Of a DNA stretch of 51,557 nt, positions 34,294 through 45,666 are shown one piece after another. Source of the DNA: Gammaproteobacteria bacterium (GTDB taxonomy: Bacteria; Pseudomonadota; Gammaproteobacteria; Magnimaribacterales; D2472); contig VMDH01000027.1 of NCBI GenBank assembly GCA_008080945.1, positions 1 through 51,557 on the forward strand, written 5' to 3'. The notes beneath the pieces are model-generated. The model saw only the letters and a list, made by a program, of their open reading frames with translations, was not told the DNA's origin and ran no database searches. The position numbers and the translations under genes are program-made. How positions within the stretch are numbered: position 1 is the first letter of the stretch; every line of letters begins with the position of its first letter.

Positions 34294-34736
34294 TAATCAA
34301 TAACTATTAAGATTTGGCCAAATTCTACCGGTGCTGCATCGTCAACTTCAATAGATTTAACGGTGCCTGAGAAATCAGATTTAATTTCATTCATCATTTT
34401 CATGGCTTCAACAATGCAAACAACATCGCCAGCTTTTACTTTATCCCCGATTTCAACAAATGCTGGTTTGTTGGGAGCCGGCTTCCTGTAGAAGGTTCCC
34501 ACAATTGGAGAGATAATATTGTTCCCTGATATAGATTGAGGCATTTCCTCAGCGGCTTCTGCAGCAGGAGAAGGATTAGCTTGTGTTGATGCTTGAACTG
34601 GAGCCTGAACTTGATAGTGCTCAATACTTCCTCCTCTAGCAATTCTTACCGACTCTTCACCTTCTTTAACTTCAATTTCTCTTAAATCAGACTCTTGAAG
34701 CATTTCAATTAGTTTTTTTATTTTTCTTATATCCAT
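34293..34736 (-). CDS. accB: Biotin carboxyl carrier protein
   Basis: MDIRKIKKLIE and EAMKM biotinylation site. Confidence 0.96.
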   Translation of the reverse strand: MDIRKIKKLIEMLQESDLREIEVKEGEESVRIARGGSIEHYQVQAPVQASTQANPSPAAEAAEEMPQSISGNNIISPIVGTFYRKPAPNKPAFVEIGDKVKAGDVVCIVEAMKMMNEIKSDFSGTVKSIEVDDAAPVEFGQILIVID

Positions 34737-34739
34737 TTC

Positions 34740-35165
34740 TTATCCTTTAATTCCATCTCTTATTGCCAATTCATAACCATGCGATCCACAACCACTAATT
34801 ACGCCAACTGCAATGTCAGAAAAATAAGATTTTTTTCTAAAATCTTCACGAGCAAAGACATTTGAAATATGTACTTCGTAAAAGGGAATAGCAACCGCAA
34901 GCATAGCATCTCTGATGGCAATGCTAGTGTGAGTAAATGCTCCAGGATTAAAAATAATTACATTAAACTCTCCCAGAGCTGATTGAACTTTATTTACAAT
35001 TTCATGTTCAGCGTTGCTTTGAAAGAATTCATAATCAAAATCAAGCTCATTAGAAAGTTTTTGTATATTTGCTTCAATATCTTGTAGACTTTCTTTGCCA
35101 TAAACACCTGGCTCTCTTACGCCTAGCATGTTTAGATTAGGACCATTTAATATTAAAATTTTCAT
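34740..35165 (-). CDS. aroQ: Type II 3-dehydroquinate dehydratase
   Basis: NGPNLNMLG.REP..YG, NPGAFTHTS and EVHISN. Confidence 0.96.
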   Translation of the reverse strand: MKILILNGPNLNMLGVREPGVYGKESLQDIEANIQKLSNELDFDYEFFQSNAEHEIVNKVQSALGEFNVIIFNPGAFTHTSIAIRDAMLAVAIPFYEVHISNVFAREDFRKKSYFSDIAVGVISGCGSHGYELAIRDGIKG

Positions 35166-35206
35166 TTCGAGGATTTTATCTGCTTTTTAGAAGAATTTAA
35201 ACGAAT

Positions 35207-35647
35207 TTAGGTGATTTCTTTTGAAATGATTGGATAACAATAAGTATCTTTCTTGCATCCCTGATAGTTAATTGTAAGTTTCTTGTTTTCATCGGTATTT
35301 TTAACTGGCAAATCAATTCTTAAATAATCCTTTGCTACACTTGTTTTGCCAAAAAATAAATCATCAATAACTAAGACATCGCCCTTTGTGATCTCGAACT
35401 CTATCTTCTCTTGTTGTTCATTTAGTACTTCAATGCTGTTTATATATAGAAAGTGATTTGCAGCAATTTCCCAAGAAATTTCAACCAGACTGTCTTGATG
35501 AAAAAAACTTACTTTAAATGCTTCATCCTCTTTAAGAGGGCTATAATTATTGTCACCAAATATAGATGCATTACCAATATTTGACACAAGGCATATATAA
35601 GCGATGACCAAGCTTTTTATGTTGAACTGCTTTGAAAAGTAAATCAC
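35207..35647 (-). CDS. Stand-alone DsbD N-terminal (alpha) domain protein
   Basis: Signal peptide, L..DEAF, W.IA..HFLY, DDLFFG and YQGCKKDTYCYP. Occupies the dsbD position upstream of aroQ. Confidence 0.8.
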   Translation of the reverse strand: MIYFSKQFNIKSLVIAYICLVSNIGNASIFGDNNYSPLKEDEAFKVSFFHQDSLVEISWEIAANHFLYINSIEVLNEQQEKIEFEITKGDVLVIDDLFFGKTSVAKDYLRIDLPVKNTDENKKLTINYQGCKKDTYCYPIISKEIT

Positions 35648-35688
35648 GTAAGAAGTTTACATGAATAAGCAAAGGCGGACGATACTCA

Positions 35689-36702
35689 GTGATTAATACT
35701 CTTTATACAATATTCTGCAAAACTCCAAACTGGCTGCTAAAGCTTTTTGTGTTTAAAAAACCTTCACTCATAAACGGACAAGTTTTGGATTTAAAATCTT
35801 CTATCATCATTAACTTCATTACAAAACAACTCCCAATGCTAAGCGAGGATACAAATATTGATAGCGCCAGGATTCAAAGGGAAGCTATTAAATTACAGTT
35901 ATCAAATAAACCAATATGTACAGTAAATTTTAAAGATGAATTTTTGGCTACTTCAGAGTCTGAGGTTTTATTACGAGAATATGTTCCTGATAATCTTGAG
36001 TACCAAAAATGCATGCTCTTCTTTCATGGAGGCGGTCATGTATTTGGAGGTAAAGAAACGCATCATGATTTTTTAATGTATTTTGCTTCGCTGTTAAAAA
36101 TTAAGGTCTATGCCCTTGATTATAGACTCGCACCTGAATTCCCATTTCCTGCGGATATTGAGGATGCAGAAATGGCCCTGAACTATTTGCACACAGAAAA
36201 ATCAATTCCAGTTGAAGATTTAGTTTTATGCGGTGATAGTGCTGGTGCAGGCGTGTCGGCAGGATTGACCGCGAGTTTAATTCTTAATAACAAACCCTAT
36301 CCAAGCCTTCAGTGCTTAATTTATCCAATGCTTGATCCAAGCTGCTCAAGTAAGACAATGCAAGATTATGCCGAAGGATACTATCTTACAGAGAAATCGA
36401 TGAAATTCTTTTGGGATAAATATTCTTCAAAAAGAGAAGATCACCAAGATCCTCGGTTCAATTTAATGCTCAGCGCCAAAGCTTTGGATAGCTATCCAAA
36501 GACACATATTGTAACTGCAGGATTTGATCCGCTTTGTGGCGAAGCAGAAGACTTTGCACTAGGTTTGTATAATAAAGGATTTGATATTACTCAATCCCAT
36601 TATCCCAATATGTTCCATGCTTTTATCAATTTTAATAAAATCCCTGCATGTGATATTGCATTAAAAGATTTAGCTGCATCCATTAGAGGTTGGTATGAGT
36701 AA
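35689..36702 (+). CDS. Hormone-sensitive-lipase family esterase (alpha/beta hydrolase)
   Basis: HGGG, DYRLAPE, GDSAG, FDPL and a C-terminal His. Confidence 0.9.
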   Translation: MINTLYTIFCKTPNWLLKLFVFKKPSLINGQVLDLKSSIIINFITKQLPMLSEDTNIDSARIQREAIKLQLSNKPICTVNFKDEFLATSESEVLLREYVPDNLEYQKCMLFFHGGGHVFGGKETHHDFLMYFASLLKIKVYALDYRLAPEFPFPADIEDAEMALNYLHTEKSIPVEDLVLCGDSAGAGVSAGLTASLILNNKPYPSLQCLIYPMLDPSCSSKTMQDYAEGYYLTEKSMKFFWDKYSSKREDHQDPRFNLMLSAKALDSYPKTHIVTAGFDPLCGEAEDFALGLYNKGFDITQSHYPNMFHAFINFNKIPACDIALKDLAASIRGWYE

Positions 36703-38293
36703 TTTACTTTCGATAAAAGATTTAACCATTCAATTCAAAACCAAGGAAGGCTTATTTACAGCTGTTGATAATATTTCTTTTGATTTGGAGGAAAATCAGA
36801 TCTTAGGATTAGTGGGAGAATCGGGTTCAGGTAAATCAGTAACAGCCATGTCCATTTGCCAACTCCTTCCAAAACATAGCACTACTATTTCAACATGCTC
36901 TTCTATCGAATTTAACGGCAGAAATTTGCTAGAACTAAGCTCTGCATCCATGCAGAAGATCAGAGGGAATGAGATTTGCATGATTTTCCAGGAGCCCATG
37001 ACCTCTTTAAATCCCTTTCATAAAGTTGGAGATCAGATTGCAGAAGCTATTTTGATTCATCAAGATCTCTCAAAAAAAGAAGCAAAAGATGAAGCCTTGC
37101 GCTTATTAAGGCTGGTTGAGATTCCTTCCGCAGAAGATAAATATCTTTCTTATCCTTTTGAACTATCTGGCGGGCAGCGTCAGAGGGTTATGATTGCTAT
37201 GGCATTAGCTAACAAGCCTAAACTCTTAATTGCAGATGAACCTACGACAGCATTAGATGTGACAATTCAAGCACAAATTTTAGATTTAATGAGCAGGTTG
37301 AAAGATGAAGTAAATGCATCCATTTTATTTATTACACATGATCTTGGATTGGTAAGGAAATTTAGTAATAAATTAGTTGTCATGCAAAATGGCAAGATTG
37401 TTGAGCAAGGTCTCACTGAAAATATCTTTGAGAATCCCCAACATGCTTATACTCTCAAGTTAATCAATTCAGAGCCATCACCCAAAGTTAAATCAATAGA
37501 GAGTGCTCAGCCTTTGTTGGAGGTTTCTAATCTAAGCGTTCATTATGATGTGCCTGGTAAATCATTTTTTAGCAAAGACAAATTTATTGCAGTAAATAAT
37601 GTTTCTTTTAAGTTAGAAGCAAAGAAAACCATTGGTGTGGTTGGAGAGTCTGGTTCTGGCAAATCAACTCTTGGTAAGGCAATTGTGAATCTATTACCAT
37701 ATAGTGGTGAGATCCTCTACCAAGGGCAAGATATTAGTTCCTTGAGTCCAAAAGAATTTAAGAAGCTTCGAAAAGATATTCAGATTATATTTCAAGATCC
37801 ATTTGGCTCGTTATCTCCCAGGATGACTGTTGGAGAAATTATTAAAGAGGGGATTAATATCCATTATCAAAATACTAAAGCAGAAAATAATGAGTTGGTA
37901 GATCATGCCATGGAAAAGGTTAGCCTTAATCCTAGGGATAAAAATAAATATCCCCACGAATTCTCAGGAGGTCAAAGACAGAGAATTGCAATAGCCCGAT
38001 CCATAATTTTGCAACCAAAATTATTAGTACTTGATGAGCCAACCTCTGCCTTAGATAGATCTATCCAAATTCAAGTATTGGATTTATTAAAGGACTTACA
38101 AACCGAGCTTGGGTTAACATATATTTTTATCAGTCATGATCTCAGAGTTATCAGATCTATTTCTGATGAAATTATTGTCATGAAAGATGGAAATATAATT
38201 GAGGCAGGTGATGCTCGTGATGTGTTTGAATCTCCTCAAAAACAATATACACAAGATCTAATGCAGGCCGCAGTTAGGTATTCAACTATTTAA
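36695..38293 (+). CDS. Duplicated-domain peptide ABC transporter ATPase (YejF/GsiA-like)
   Basis: Two GESGSGKS Walker A, two SGGQRQR and two DEPT motifs. Confidence 0.9.
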   Translation: MSNLLSIKDLTIQFKTKEGLFTAVDNISFDLEENQILGLVGESGSGKSVTAMSICQLLPKHSTTISTCSSIEFNGRNLLELSSASMQKIRGNEICMIFQEPMTSLNPFHKVGDQIAEAILIHQDLSKKEAKDEALRLLRLVEIPSAEDKYLSYPFELSGGQRQRVMIAMALANKPKLLIADEPTTALDVTIQAQILDLMSRLKDEVNASILFITHDLGLVRKFSNKLVVMQNGKIVEQGLTENIFENPQHAYTLKLINSEPSPKVKSIESAQPLLEVSNLSVHYDVPGKSFFSKDKFIAVNNVSFKLEAKKTIGVVGESGSGKSTLGKAIVNLLPYSGEILYQGQDISSLSPKEFKKLRKDIQIIFQDPFGSLSPRMTVGEIIKEGINIHYQNTKAENNELVDHAMEKVSLNPRDKNKYPHEFSGGQRQRIAIARSIILQPKLLVLDEPTSALDRSIQIQVLDLLKDLQTELGLTYIFISHDLRVIRSISDEIIVMKDGNIIEAGDARDVFESPQKQYTQDLMQAAVRYSTI

Positions 38294-38294
38294 A

Positions 38295-39953
38295 ATGAGC
38301 AATAGGAAGTTTTCTAGTAAATTGGTCGATGGGCCTCATCAGGCAGCCTCCCGATCTATGCTTAGAGGGGTTGGGCTAACCGATGAAGATTTTAAAAAAC
38401 CCCTAGTAGGCATTGCTTCTATGGGCGCACAAGTTACACCATGCAATATGCATATTAATGGCCTTGCTGACATTGTTAATAAATCATTAGTCAAAGAAAA
38501 TCTCAAAGGAATGCTGTTCAACACTATTACTGTCTCAGATGGAATTTCAATGGGTACTACCGGAATGAAATACTCTCTTGTATCTCGAGAAGTCATTGCC
38601 GATTCCATTGAGACTGTTGTTGGTTGCCTGGGGTACGACGGAGTAATCACGATTGGTGGATGTGATAAGAATATGCCTGGTGCAATTATTGCCTTAGCAA
38701 GACTGAACCGTCCTGGTATCTTCATATATGGTGGATCCATTAGACCCAGTGAGCAAAATACAGATTACGTTACCGTATGCGAAAAAACTGGTGAATTTGC
38801 CAAAGGTAGTATTTCAGAGGAAGAGCTTATTGCTATAGAAAAGATTTCGGTCAAAGGGCCAGGCTCTTGTGGTGGAATGTATACAGCAAATACCATGGCT
38901 TCTGCGATCGAAGCCATGGGCATGTCACTTCCGGGTAGTAGCAGCCAGGATGCATTATCAGATGATAAAAAATATGACTGTGAGAAAGCAGCTAATGCTA
39001 TTAAAAATTTAATAGAAATGGATCTGAAACCTCGAGATATCATGACTAAAGAAGCCTTTGAAAATGCTATAACCACTGTCATAGCGTTGGGTGGCTCAAC
39101 AAACGCAGTGTTGCATTTAATCGCCATGGCTAAGGCAGCAAGTGTTGAGCTAAGTCTGGATGATTTTTCTCGAATAGGTGCCAACGTTCCAGTCATTGCT
39201 GACATTAAACCTTTTGGCAAGCATTATATGTCTGAGCTAAATCAAAGAGGGGGCATCCAGCCTTTAATGAAGTTGCTCTTAGATAAGGGAATGCTTCATG
39301 GAGATTGCCTTACTGTCACTGGTAAAACTCTTTCACAAAATTTACATGCTGTTGATAAGCAAGATCAGCAGCCTCTCATTAGAAGTTTTGATAATCCCAT
39401 CAAAAGCAGCAGTCATTTGCGAATACTTTATGGCAACTTGGCACCTGAAGGTGCAGTAGCAAAAATTACGGGTGCAGAAGGAACAAAGTTCAAAGGTAAA
39501 GCTAGAGTTTTTAATTCTGAAGAAGAGGGAAATGCTGCGATTCTTAATAAGACTATTGAAGCAGGGGATGTAGTTGTTATCAGATATGAGGGGCCAAAAG
39601 GTGGACCAGGTATGAGAGAGATGCTGAAACCAACCTCAGCAATTATGGGGCAGGGTCTTGGAGATAAAGTTGCCTTCATTACAGATGGAAGATTTTCTGG
39701 AGGAACTCATGGTTTTGTAGTTGGCCATATCTCCCCTGAAGCTGAGGATGGAGGACCAATTGCATTAATCGAAGATGGAGATAGTATTGAAATTGATGCA
39801 GAATCCAATACCATCAACATCCTAATTGATGAAATAACAATGAAACAAAGAAAAGATAATTGGATTAGACCTAATAAAGAGGAGCCAACCGGTGTGCTAG
39901 CAAAATATAAGAAATTAGTAACATCTGCCTCATTGGGCGCAACCACAGACTGA
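38295..39953 (+). CDS. ilvD: Dihydroxy-acid dehydratase
   Basis: [26 protein letters not shown] and TDGRFSGG. Confidence 0.95.
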   Translation: MSNRKFSSKLVDGPHQAASRSMLRGVGLTDEDFKKPLVGIASMGAQVTPCNMHINGLADIVNKSLVKENLKGMLFNTITVSDGISMGTTGMKYSLVSREVIADSIETVVGCLGYDGVITIGGCDKNMPGAIIALARLNRPGIFIYGGSIRPSEQNTDYVTVCEKTGEFAKGSISEEELIAIEKISVKGPGSCGGMYTANTMASAIEAMGMSLPGSSSQDALSDDKKYDCEKAANAIKNLIEMDLKPRDIMTKEAFENAITTVIALGGSTNAVLHLIAMAKAASVELSLDDFSRIGANVPVIADIKPFGKHYMSELNQRGGIQPLMKLLLDKGMLHGDCLTVTGKTLSQNLHAVDKQDQQPLIRSFDNPIKSSSHLRILYGNLAPEGAVAKITGAEGTKFKGKARVFNSEEEGNAAILNKTIEAGDVVVIRYEGPKGGPGMREMLKPTSAIMGQGLGDKVAFITDGRFSGGTHGFVVGHISPEAEDGGPIALIEDGDSIEIDAESNTINILIDEITMKQRKDNWIRPNKEEPTGVLAKYKKLVTSASLGATTD

Positions 39954-39954
39954 T

Positions 39955-40953
39955 ATGGCATCAAACAGGACATTCCCAAATACAAGAATGAGAAGGTTGA
40001 GACAGTCAAAATCTGTCATCAATCTTGTCCAAGAATCGCATCTATCAACCAATGATTTAATCCAACCTTTATTTTTAGCAGATCAAAAGGATGAGGCTAT
40101 CGAGATTCCATCATTGCCTTCAGTCTATCGTTTTAATGAGACCGGATTGATGAAGGAAATTGAAAATTTATTAAAGCATGGTATTAATGCTGTTGCCTTA
40201 TTTCCGTCAATTGAAACGGGGTTAAAAGACTCTAAGGGAAGTTATGCTTTTAGCGAAGAGAATTTTCTTTACAAATCTTTAATGAAAATCAAACAGGAAT
40301 TTCCTGATTTAGTAACTATTGCTGATGTTGCTTTAGATCCTTATACAGATCATGGTCATGATGGGTTGCTTAAAGATGGAAAAGTGCTGAATGATGAAAC
40401 GATTGAGGCTCTTATTACCCAATCCCTTTGTTTGACTGAGGCAGGAGCTACTGTACTTGCACCATCTGACATGATGGATGGAAGAATAGGCGCTATAAGA
40501 CAGGCGTTAGAAAGCAATAATTTTAAAGAGACACTTATATTGTCATATGCTGCAAAATTCTGCTCTAAATTTTATGGTCCTTTTAGGGATGCAGTGGGCT
40601 CTAAATCTCAATTAGGCAATCAAGATAAATCATCTTATCAAATCAATCCGGCCAATCTTAACGAAGCCTTAGAGGAAGTAGCCTTGGATATCAACGAGGG
40701 CGCAGATATGGTCATGGTGAAACCTGGGATGCCTTACTTGGATGTGGTTTCAAAGGTCAAAGATACTTTTAAAGTTCCTACCTTTGTTTATCAAGTGAGT
40801 GGAGAGTATGCCATGCTCATAGCAGCTATACAGAAGGGCTGGCTTCCCAATGAGGTTATGCTAGAATCTCTTCAAAGTTTTAAACGCGCTGGTGCAGATG
40901 CAATTCTGTCATACGCATCCAAATCAATAGCACAGGAGTTATTACATGAGTAA
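39955..40953 (+). CDS. hemB: Porphobilinogen synthase
   Basis: DVALDPYTDHGHDG (Asp-rich, non-Zn type), SDMMDGR, MVKPG and YQVSGEY. Confidence 0.95.
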   Translation: MASNRTFPNTRMRRLRQSKSVINLVQESHLSTNDLIQPLFLADQKDEAIEIPSLPSVYRFNETGLMKEIENLLKHGINAVALFPSIETGLKDSKGSYAFSEENFLYKSLMKIKQEFPDLVTIADVALDPYTDHGHDGLLKDGKVLNDETIEALITQSLCLTEAGATVLAPSDMMDGRIGAIRQALESNNFKETLILSYAAKFCSKFYGPFRDAVGSKSQLGNQDKSSYQINPANLNEALEEVALDINEGADMVMVKPGMPYLDVVSKVKDTFKVPTFVYQVSGEYAMLIAAIQKGWLPNEVMLESLQSFKRAGADAILSYASKSIAQELLHE

Positions 40954-41269
40954 AGTCATTGAAGTTGATCAGAATAATTTTGAAACCGAGGTCATCCAAA
41001 GCGAAGTTCCTGTCCTAGTGGATTTTTGGGCTACCTGGTGTGGTCCCTGCAAACAAGTGGCGCCAGTAGTTGAAGATATTGCAAATGAAAAAGACGGTGC
41101 TATTAAAGTTTGTAAGATTGATGTAGATCAAAATCGAGATATCGCTGTGCAATATGGAGTAAGATCTATACCAACACTAGCTATATTTAAGGCTGGGGAA
41201 GTTGCTGGAATTCAAATCGGAGCATTAGATAAATCTCAGCTTACTGCTTTTGTTGACAGCGAAATTTAG
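40946..41269 (+). CDS. trxA: Thioredoxin
   Basis: WCGPC active site. Upstream of rho. Confidence 0.95.
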   Translation: MSKVIEVDQNNFETEVIQSEVPVLVDFWATWCGPCKQVAPVVEDIANEKDGAIKVCKIDVDQNRDIAVQYGVRSIPTLAIFKAGEVAGIQIGALDKSQLTAFVDSEI

Positions 41270-41270
41270 C

Positions 41271-41300
41271 TTTACATTAGGCTTATAAAGACATTATCAT
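41271..41300 (+). promoter_or_regulatory. Possible rho promoter TTTACA-N18-TATCAT
   Basis: Near-consensus hexamers directly after the trxA stop. Confidence 0.4.
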
Positions 41301-41362
41301 AGTTACGTCTCTTTCTAAGAGCGTTCAATAAATTACAAAAAAATTTCCAGGGGTTTAAATAA

Positions 41363-42640
41363 ATGGATCTATTTGAGATGAAAACCACAAGCATTAATGA
41401 GCTTGTAGATATGGCTACATCAATGGGTATTGAGGATGTCGGACGCCTCAAAAAGCAAGATATTATTTTCAGAATCGTAAAACAAAAGGCATCTGAAGGT
41501 GAGGATGTATTTGGAGGAGGTGTCCTAGAAATTTTAAATGATGGCTTTGGTTTTTTGAGATCTCCGGAAGGCTCATACTGCGCTGGACCAGACGATATTT
41601 ATGTTTCTCCAAGCCAAGTGAGAAAGTTTGGTCTCAGAAAGGGAGATCATGTAACTGGAAAGATTAGGCCTCCTAAACAAGAAAAGGAAAGATATTTTGC
41701 GCTTTTAGAAGTTGATGCCATCAACGGCGAGACCCCAGAGCAAGCTAAAAATAAAATTCTTTTCGAAAATTTAACTCCTCTTTTCCCGAATAAACGTTTG
41801 GTTCTTGAACAAGGCTCAGGCTCAAACGAGGATTTATCTTCAAGGATTATTGATCTAACCGCACCTATTGGAAAAGGACAGAGAGGGTTGATTGTTTCAC
41901 CTCCAAAAGCAGGTAAAACACTTATGCTTCAAAGCATTGCTCACTCTATTACTAAAAATAATCCTGAGGCAGAACTTATTGTCTTATTAATTGATGAGAG
42001 ACCCGAGGAGGTTACTGACATGATGAGAACTGTCAGAGGAGAAGTTGTTGCTAGTACCTTTGATGAGCCTCCTTCTAGACATGTTCAGGTCGCAGACATG
42101 GTTATAGAAAAGGCAAAAAGAATGGTAGAGCACAAAAAGGATGTTGTTATTTTGCTCGACTCAATTACTCGTCTAGGAAGAGCTTACAATGCAGTGGCCC
42201 CAGCTTCAGGAAAAATATTATCTGGAGGAGTTGACTCTAATGCTCTTGAAAGACCAAAGAGATTCTTTGGTGCTGCTAGAAATCTTGAAGAGGGCGGAAG
42301 TCTTACAATTCTGGCTACAGCTTTAATAGATACAGGTTCAAAAATGGATGAAGTTATTTATGAAGAGTTTAAAGGTACTGGAAATATGGAAATCCATTTA
42401 GAAAGGAAAATTGCTGAAAAAAGAATCTATCCTGCAATTAATATTAGGAGATCAGGTACTAGAAGAGACGATCTTTTAACTACAGATGAAGAGCTTCAAA
42501 GAATGCTTATTTTGAGAAAAATCCTAGATGAAATGGAAGATACGCAAGCAATTGAATTCCTAATTGAAAGGCTTAAGTCAACCAAGACCAACGATGAGTT
42601 TTTTGCTGCCATGAAGGGTGGCGGTAACGGAAAAAAATAA
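41363..42640 (+). CDS. rho: Transcription termination factor Rho
   Basis: [22 protein letters not shown] and [10 protein letters not shown]. Confidence 0.97.
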   Translation: MDLFEMKTTSINELVDMATSMGIEDVGRLKKQDIIFRIVKQKASEGEDVFGGGVLEILNDGFGFLRSPEGSYCAGPDDIYVSPSQVRKFGLRKGDHVTGKIRPPKQEKERYFALLEVDAINGETPEQAKNKILFENLTPLFPNKRLVLEQGSGSNEDLSSRIIDLTAPIGKGQRGLIVSPPKAGKTLMLQSIAHSITKNNPEAELIVLLIDERPEEVTDMMRTVRGEVVASTFDEPPSRHVQVADMVIEKAKRMVEHKKDVVILLDSITRLGRAYNAVAPASGKILSGGVDSNALERPKRFFGAARNLEEGGSLTILATALIDTGSKMDEVIYEEFKGTGNMEIHLERKIAEKRIYPAINIRRSGTRRDDLLTTDEELQRMLILRKILDEMEDTQAIEFLIERLKSTKTNDEFFAAMKGGGNGKK

Positions 42641-42641
42641 G

Positions 42642-43340
42642 TTACTGGGTTTCATTTAGCATGTCTTCATATGTTGGAGATTTTGCTACGAGAGTTTTTC
42701 CGCATTTTTTTGAATCTACATAATCTGCAATTCGTTGAGAAGCACAAATCCAAACAAAGTTTCTATCATTTAGATTTTCAAAATTCTGTTCAATTAATTT
42801 GAAAGTAGCCAAATTAAAAATTAAGAGCACGCTATTTTTCGGCAAACTTTTAAGTTTACCGATGTTGTACTCAAGAGGATTCATATTGTATGCCTCTAGT
42901 TTGGGAAGAATCTTATTAAAATGGCGCTCCAATAAGTTTTCATTATTAGTCCCGCAAACAAGCAAAATATTTTTCATCCCGTGTTTTGTAAGCAATTCAA
43001 ACATTCCTTTTGAATTAAACTCTTCGGGCATAAATGCTTCCAAACCATGTTCTTTTAGCTCATTCTTTGTTGCAGGCCCAATGGCAAATATTGAAGACTT
43101 TATATCAGCAATTTCCATAAAGTCTTGAATCTTTCTGAGACCATATTTACAAGCCGAGCTGCTCGTAAAGACAATACCATCGAATGATTCAATCTTAGTT
43201 AAATGTTCTATCTCCTCCTGAGAGAGTGCTTCCCTAATACTAATTTCTGTTAATGGGATATTCGTAAGCTCAATTTGATTTGATTGAGCAAAATAATTTA
43301 AGTCACGCGACAATTTTTCTGGTCTGGTATTAACGATCAT
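42642..43340 (-). CDS. hemD: Uroporphyrinogen-III synthase
   Basis: N-terminal TRP, VFTS and AIGPAT. Overlaps the hemC end. Confidence 0.85.
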   Translation of the reverse strand: MIVNTRPEKLSRDLNYFAQSNQIELTNIPLTEISIREALSQEEIEHLTKIESFDGIVFTSSSACKYGLRKIQDFMEIADIKSSIFAIGPATKNELKEHGLEAFMPEEFNSKGMFELLTKHGMKNILLVCGTNNENLLERHFNKILPKLEAYNMNPLEYNIGKLKSLPKNSVLLIFNLATFKLIEQNFENLNDRNFVWICASQRIADYVDSKKCGKTLVAKSPTYEDMLNETQ

Positions 43341-44229
43341 AGATTATTTTTTGTTTACCAGTTGCATAAAGCATATCAATTTCTTTTTCTAACCAGTTCT
43401 CAAAATCTGAGGTAGACAGCTTAATGGAATTTGAGACTTCTTGAGATCCATCTAAGCTTAATAATTGATAGGAAAATAAGACTTGATCATGTTCAATTTT
43501 ACAATAGCACCCAATTGGAGAATTACAGTCTCCCTGCATACTTGCAACAAATCTTCTTTCGATTTTTGTTTCTTCAAATGTATCTTTACAGTTAATGCTG
43601 CTCAAAATTTCTTCTACATCATAGGTAAAATTTGATTTAAGCACTTCAATTCCTATAGCTCCTTGGCTTGCAGAAGGCAGCATTTCAGAAACTTCTAAAA
43701 GATGGCCTGTATGTTGTATGCCCAGTCTCTTAATTGCAGCGCTTGCAATCATAATTCCATCTAGCGACTGTTTGGATATAGCCTCAATTCTAGTATTAAT
43801 ATTCCCTCTAATTGGGGCTATTGTATGGGCAGGGTTTTTATTTAGTAGTTGCGCTTTTCTTCTTGGGGAAGACGACCCTATTGTCATAGCTTTGTCATTG
43901 AGTGACGCTCCTTCCTTTGATAGAAAAACTTCTCTAGGATCTTCTCTTTTAAGGGTAGCTGCTATAACAAATTCATCGCTTAGTTCAGCTGGAACATCCT
44001 TCAGGCTATGCACAGCAATATCCGCTTGTTCAGTTTTTAAGGCATTTTCTAAACTGCCAATAAATAATCCTTTGCCACCATGGTCTTCTAAAGGCCCTTT
44101 AACCTCGTCTCCCTCTGAAGTCATTGGAACTAATATGCAATGAATGTCTTTTGAGTTGCTTTCAATCAATTCTTTAACTAAGTTAGCCTGATATAGAGCA
44201 AGCGGAGATCTTCGGGTCGCAATTTTCAT
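43330..44229 (-). CDS. hemC: Hydroxymethylbilane synthase
   Basis: IATRRSPLA, AVHSLKDVP, RGNINTR and GDCNSPIG (cofactor Cys). Confidence 0.95.
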   Translation of the reverse strand: MKIATRRSPLALYQANLVKELIESNSKDIHCILVPMTSEGDEVKGPLEDHGGKGLFIGSLENALKTEQADIAVHSLKDVPAELSDEFVIAATLKREDPREVFLSKEGASLNDKAMTIGSSSPRRKAQLLNKNPAHTIAPIRGNINTRIEAISKQSLDGIMIASAAIKRLGIQHTGHLLEVSEMLPSASQGAIGIEVLKSNFTYDVEEILSSINCKDTFEETKIERRFVASMQGDCNSPIGCYCKIEHDQVLFSYQLLSLDGSQEVSNSIKLSTSDFENWLEKEIDMLYATGKQKIIYDR

Positions 44230-44786
44230 TTATTTAGTTCTAGTAAGTAACTATACACTTGTCCTGTTTTTTGATGCTTAATGAGACAAAATGGGGATAT
44301 TTCTTCATCACTCAATTTCTTGTCATGTTCGTAGTAGATGAGCCCATTTTCACTCAGCAGTTTTTGTTTCTCTATAAGGGATAATGCTTCCTTATTAAGG
44401 TTTGTATCAAAAGGGGCATCAAGAAAAATAATGTCATATTTCTCTCTATTGCTTTTAAGATACTTCAAGCTATCCATAGCCACTATTTGAGTTTTCTTGT
44501 CTAAATCAAGTTGCTTGATTAGGGCATTAATAGCTTGTAACAAATGCTTATCTCTATCAACAAAAATTATTTCTTTAGCGCCTCTAGACAGTGCCTCAAA
44601 TCCTAAGTTTCCAGTACCAGCAAATAAATCTAAGCACCTAGAATCTTTGATATGTAATTGAAGCCAGTTAAATAAAGTCTCTTTAGTTCTCTGTGGGGTA
44701 GGTCTCAAGAGTTCAGATGGGCTAAAGGATATTTTCAAGCCTTTAAAGGTGCCGCTAATTACTCTCAATTTTGCTTTTTGTGCCAC
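44226..44786 (-). CDS. rsmD: 16S rRNA m2G966 methyltransferase
   Basis: LRVISG, LRPT, ETLFNWL and LDLFAGTG. The usual DPPF reads DAPF here. Confidence 0.9.
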   Translation of the reverse strand: MAQKAKLRVISGTFKGLKISFSPSELLRPTPQRTKETLFNWLQLHIKDSRCLDLFAGTGNLGFEALSRGAKEIIFVDRDKHLLQAINALIKQLDLDKKTQIVAMDSLKYLKSNREKYDIIFLDAPFDTNLNKEALSLIEKQKLLSENGLIYYEHDKKLSDEEISPFCLIKHQKTGQVYSYLLELNK

Positions 44787-44795
44787 AATATACTT

Positions 44796-45257
44796 ATGAA
44801 TATTAAAGATTTTTTAGAGTCCATGAGGAATCTTGCTGCCTCTGTAAGTATAGTCTCTGCTCAAGATCAGCAAAAGAAAAATTTTGCTATGACGGTAAGC
44901 TCTCTTACATCACTATCGATGGATCCTCCTGCCATTTTAGTATGCGTTAATAAAGAGGCTTCCATTCATAGCGTTCTTAAAGAGGGTGCAAGTTTCGCTG
45001 TTAATATTCTTACTAAAGCTCATACAGAAATTGCTAATGTATGTAGCTCTAAAGAAAAAGAAGACCAGAGATTTAATTTTGAACAATGGGTTTTAGATAA
45101 TCCTCCCATCATTCAAGATGCGCAAGCAATTATATTTTGTGAGGTCGATAAATTGGTAGATTATCATACGCATTCAATTGTGATTGGAAGTGTAAAAGGG
45201 GTTAAGAATAAAGAGGGTTTTAATACCCTGATGTATGCAAACGGAGGATATATTTAA
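44796..45257 (+). CDS. Flavin reductase family protein (HpaC/RutF-like)
   Basis: MTVSSLTSLSMDPP, FAVNIL and THSIVIG. ATG at 44796 preferred. Confidence 0.88.
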   Translation: MNIKDFLESMRNLAASVSIVSAQDQQKKNFAMTVSSLTSLSMDPPAILVCVNKEASIHSVLKEGASFAVNILTKAHTEIANVCSSKEKEDQRFNFEQWVLDNPPIIQDAQAIIFCEVDKLVDYHTHSIVIGSVKGVKNKEGFNTLMYANGGYI

Positions 45258-45655
45258 TGAAAATTAAATTACTCTTATTTTTAAATGTGTTCTTTCTCTC
45301 AGAAGCAGCATTAGCAAACTCACCAAAGGTTTATTTCATAGAACCAGCTAATGGAGCCTTTGTCCAAGAGACATTCAAGGTAAAATTTGGTCTTGAAAAT
45401 TTTGGGGTTGCACCAGCAGGTTACGATATTCCCAATACAGGCCATCATCATCTTTTAATAGACACAACTCTTACCGATCTAAAATCACCAATTCCAGCAG
45501 ATTCCAAGCATATTCATTTTGGGAAAGGGCAAACGGAATCATTGATAACTCTAGAAAAAGGAGAGCATCAATTGACCTTAGTCATGGGGAATTTTGCGCA
45601 TATCCCACACGATTCACCAATTATTTCAGAGACTATAACTGTAATTGTGAAATAA
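45257..45655 (+). CDS. DUF4399-like exported protein
   Basis: Signal peptide, VYFIEP..GA, TGHHHLLID and HFGKGQTE. Confidence 0.8.
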   Translation: MKIKLLLFLNVFFLSEAALANSPKVYFIEPANGAFVQETFKVKFGLENFGVAPAGYDIPNTGHHHLLIDTTLTDLKSPIPADSKHIHFGKGQTESLITLEKGEHQLTLVMGNFAHIPHDSPIISETITVIVK

Positions 45656-45666
45656 GAATTTAGAAT

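Noticed and set aside
35654-35672. GTTTACA half-site resembling the TetR operator
   Set aside because: No matching second half-site.
41306-41325. Small hairpin in the rho leader as a possible attenuator
   Set aside because: Short and weak, and cannot be distinguished from chance.
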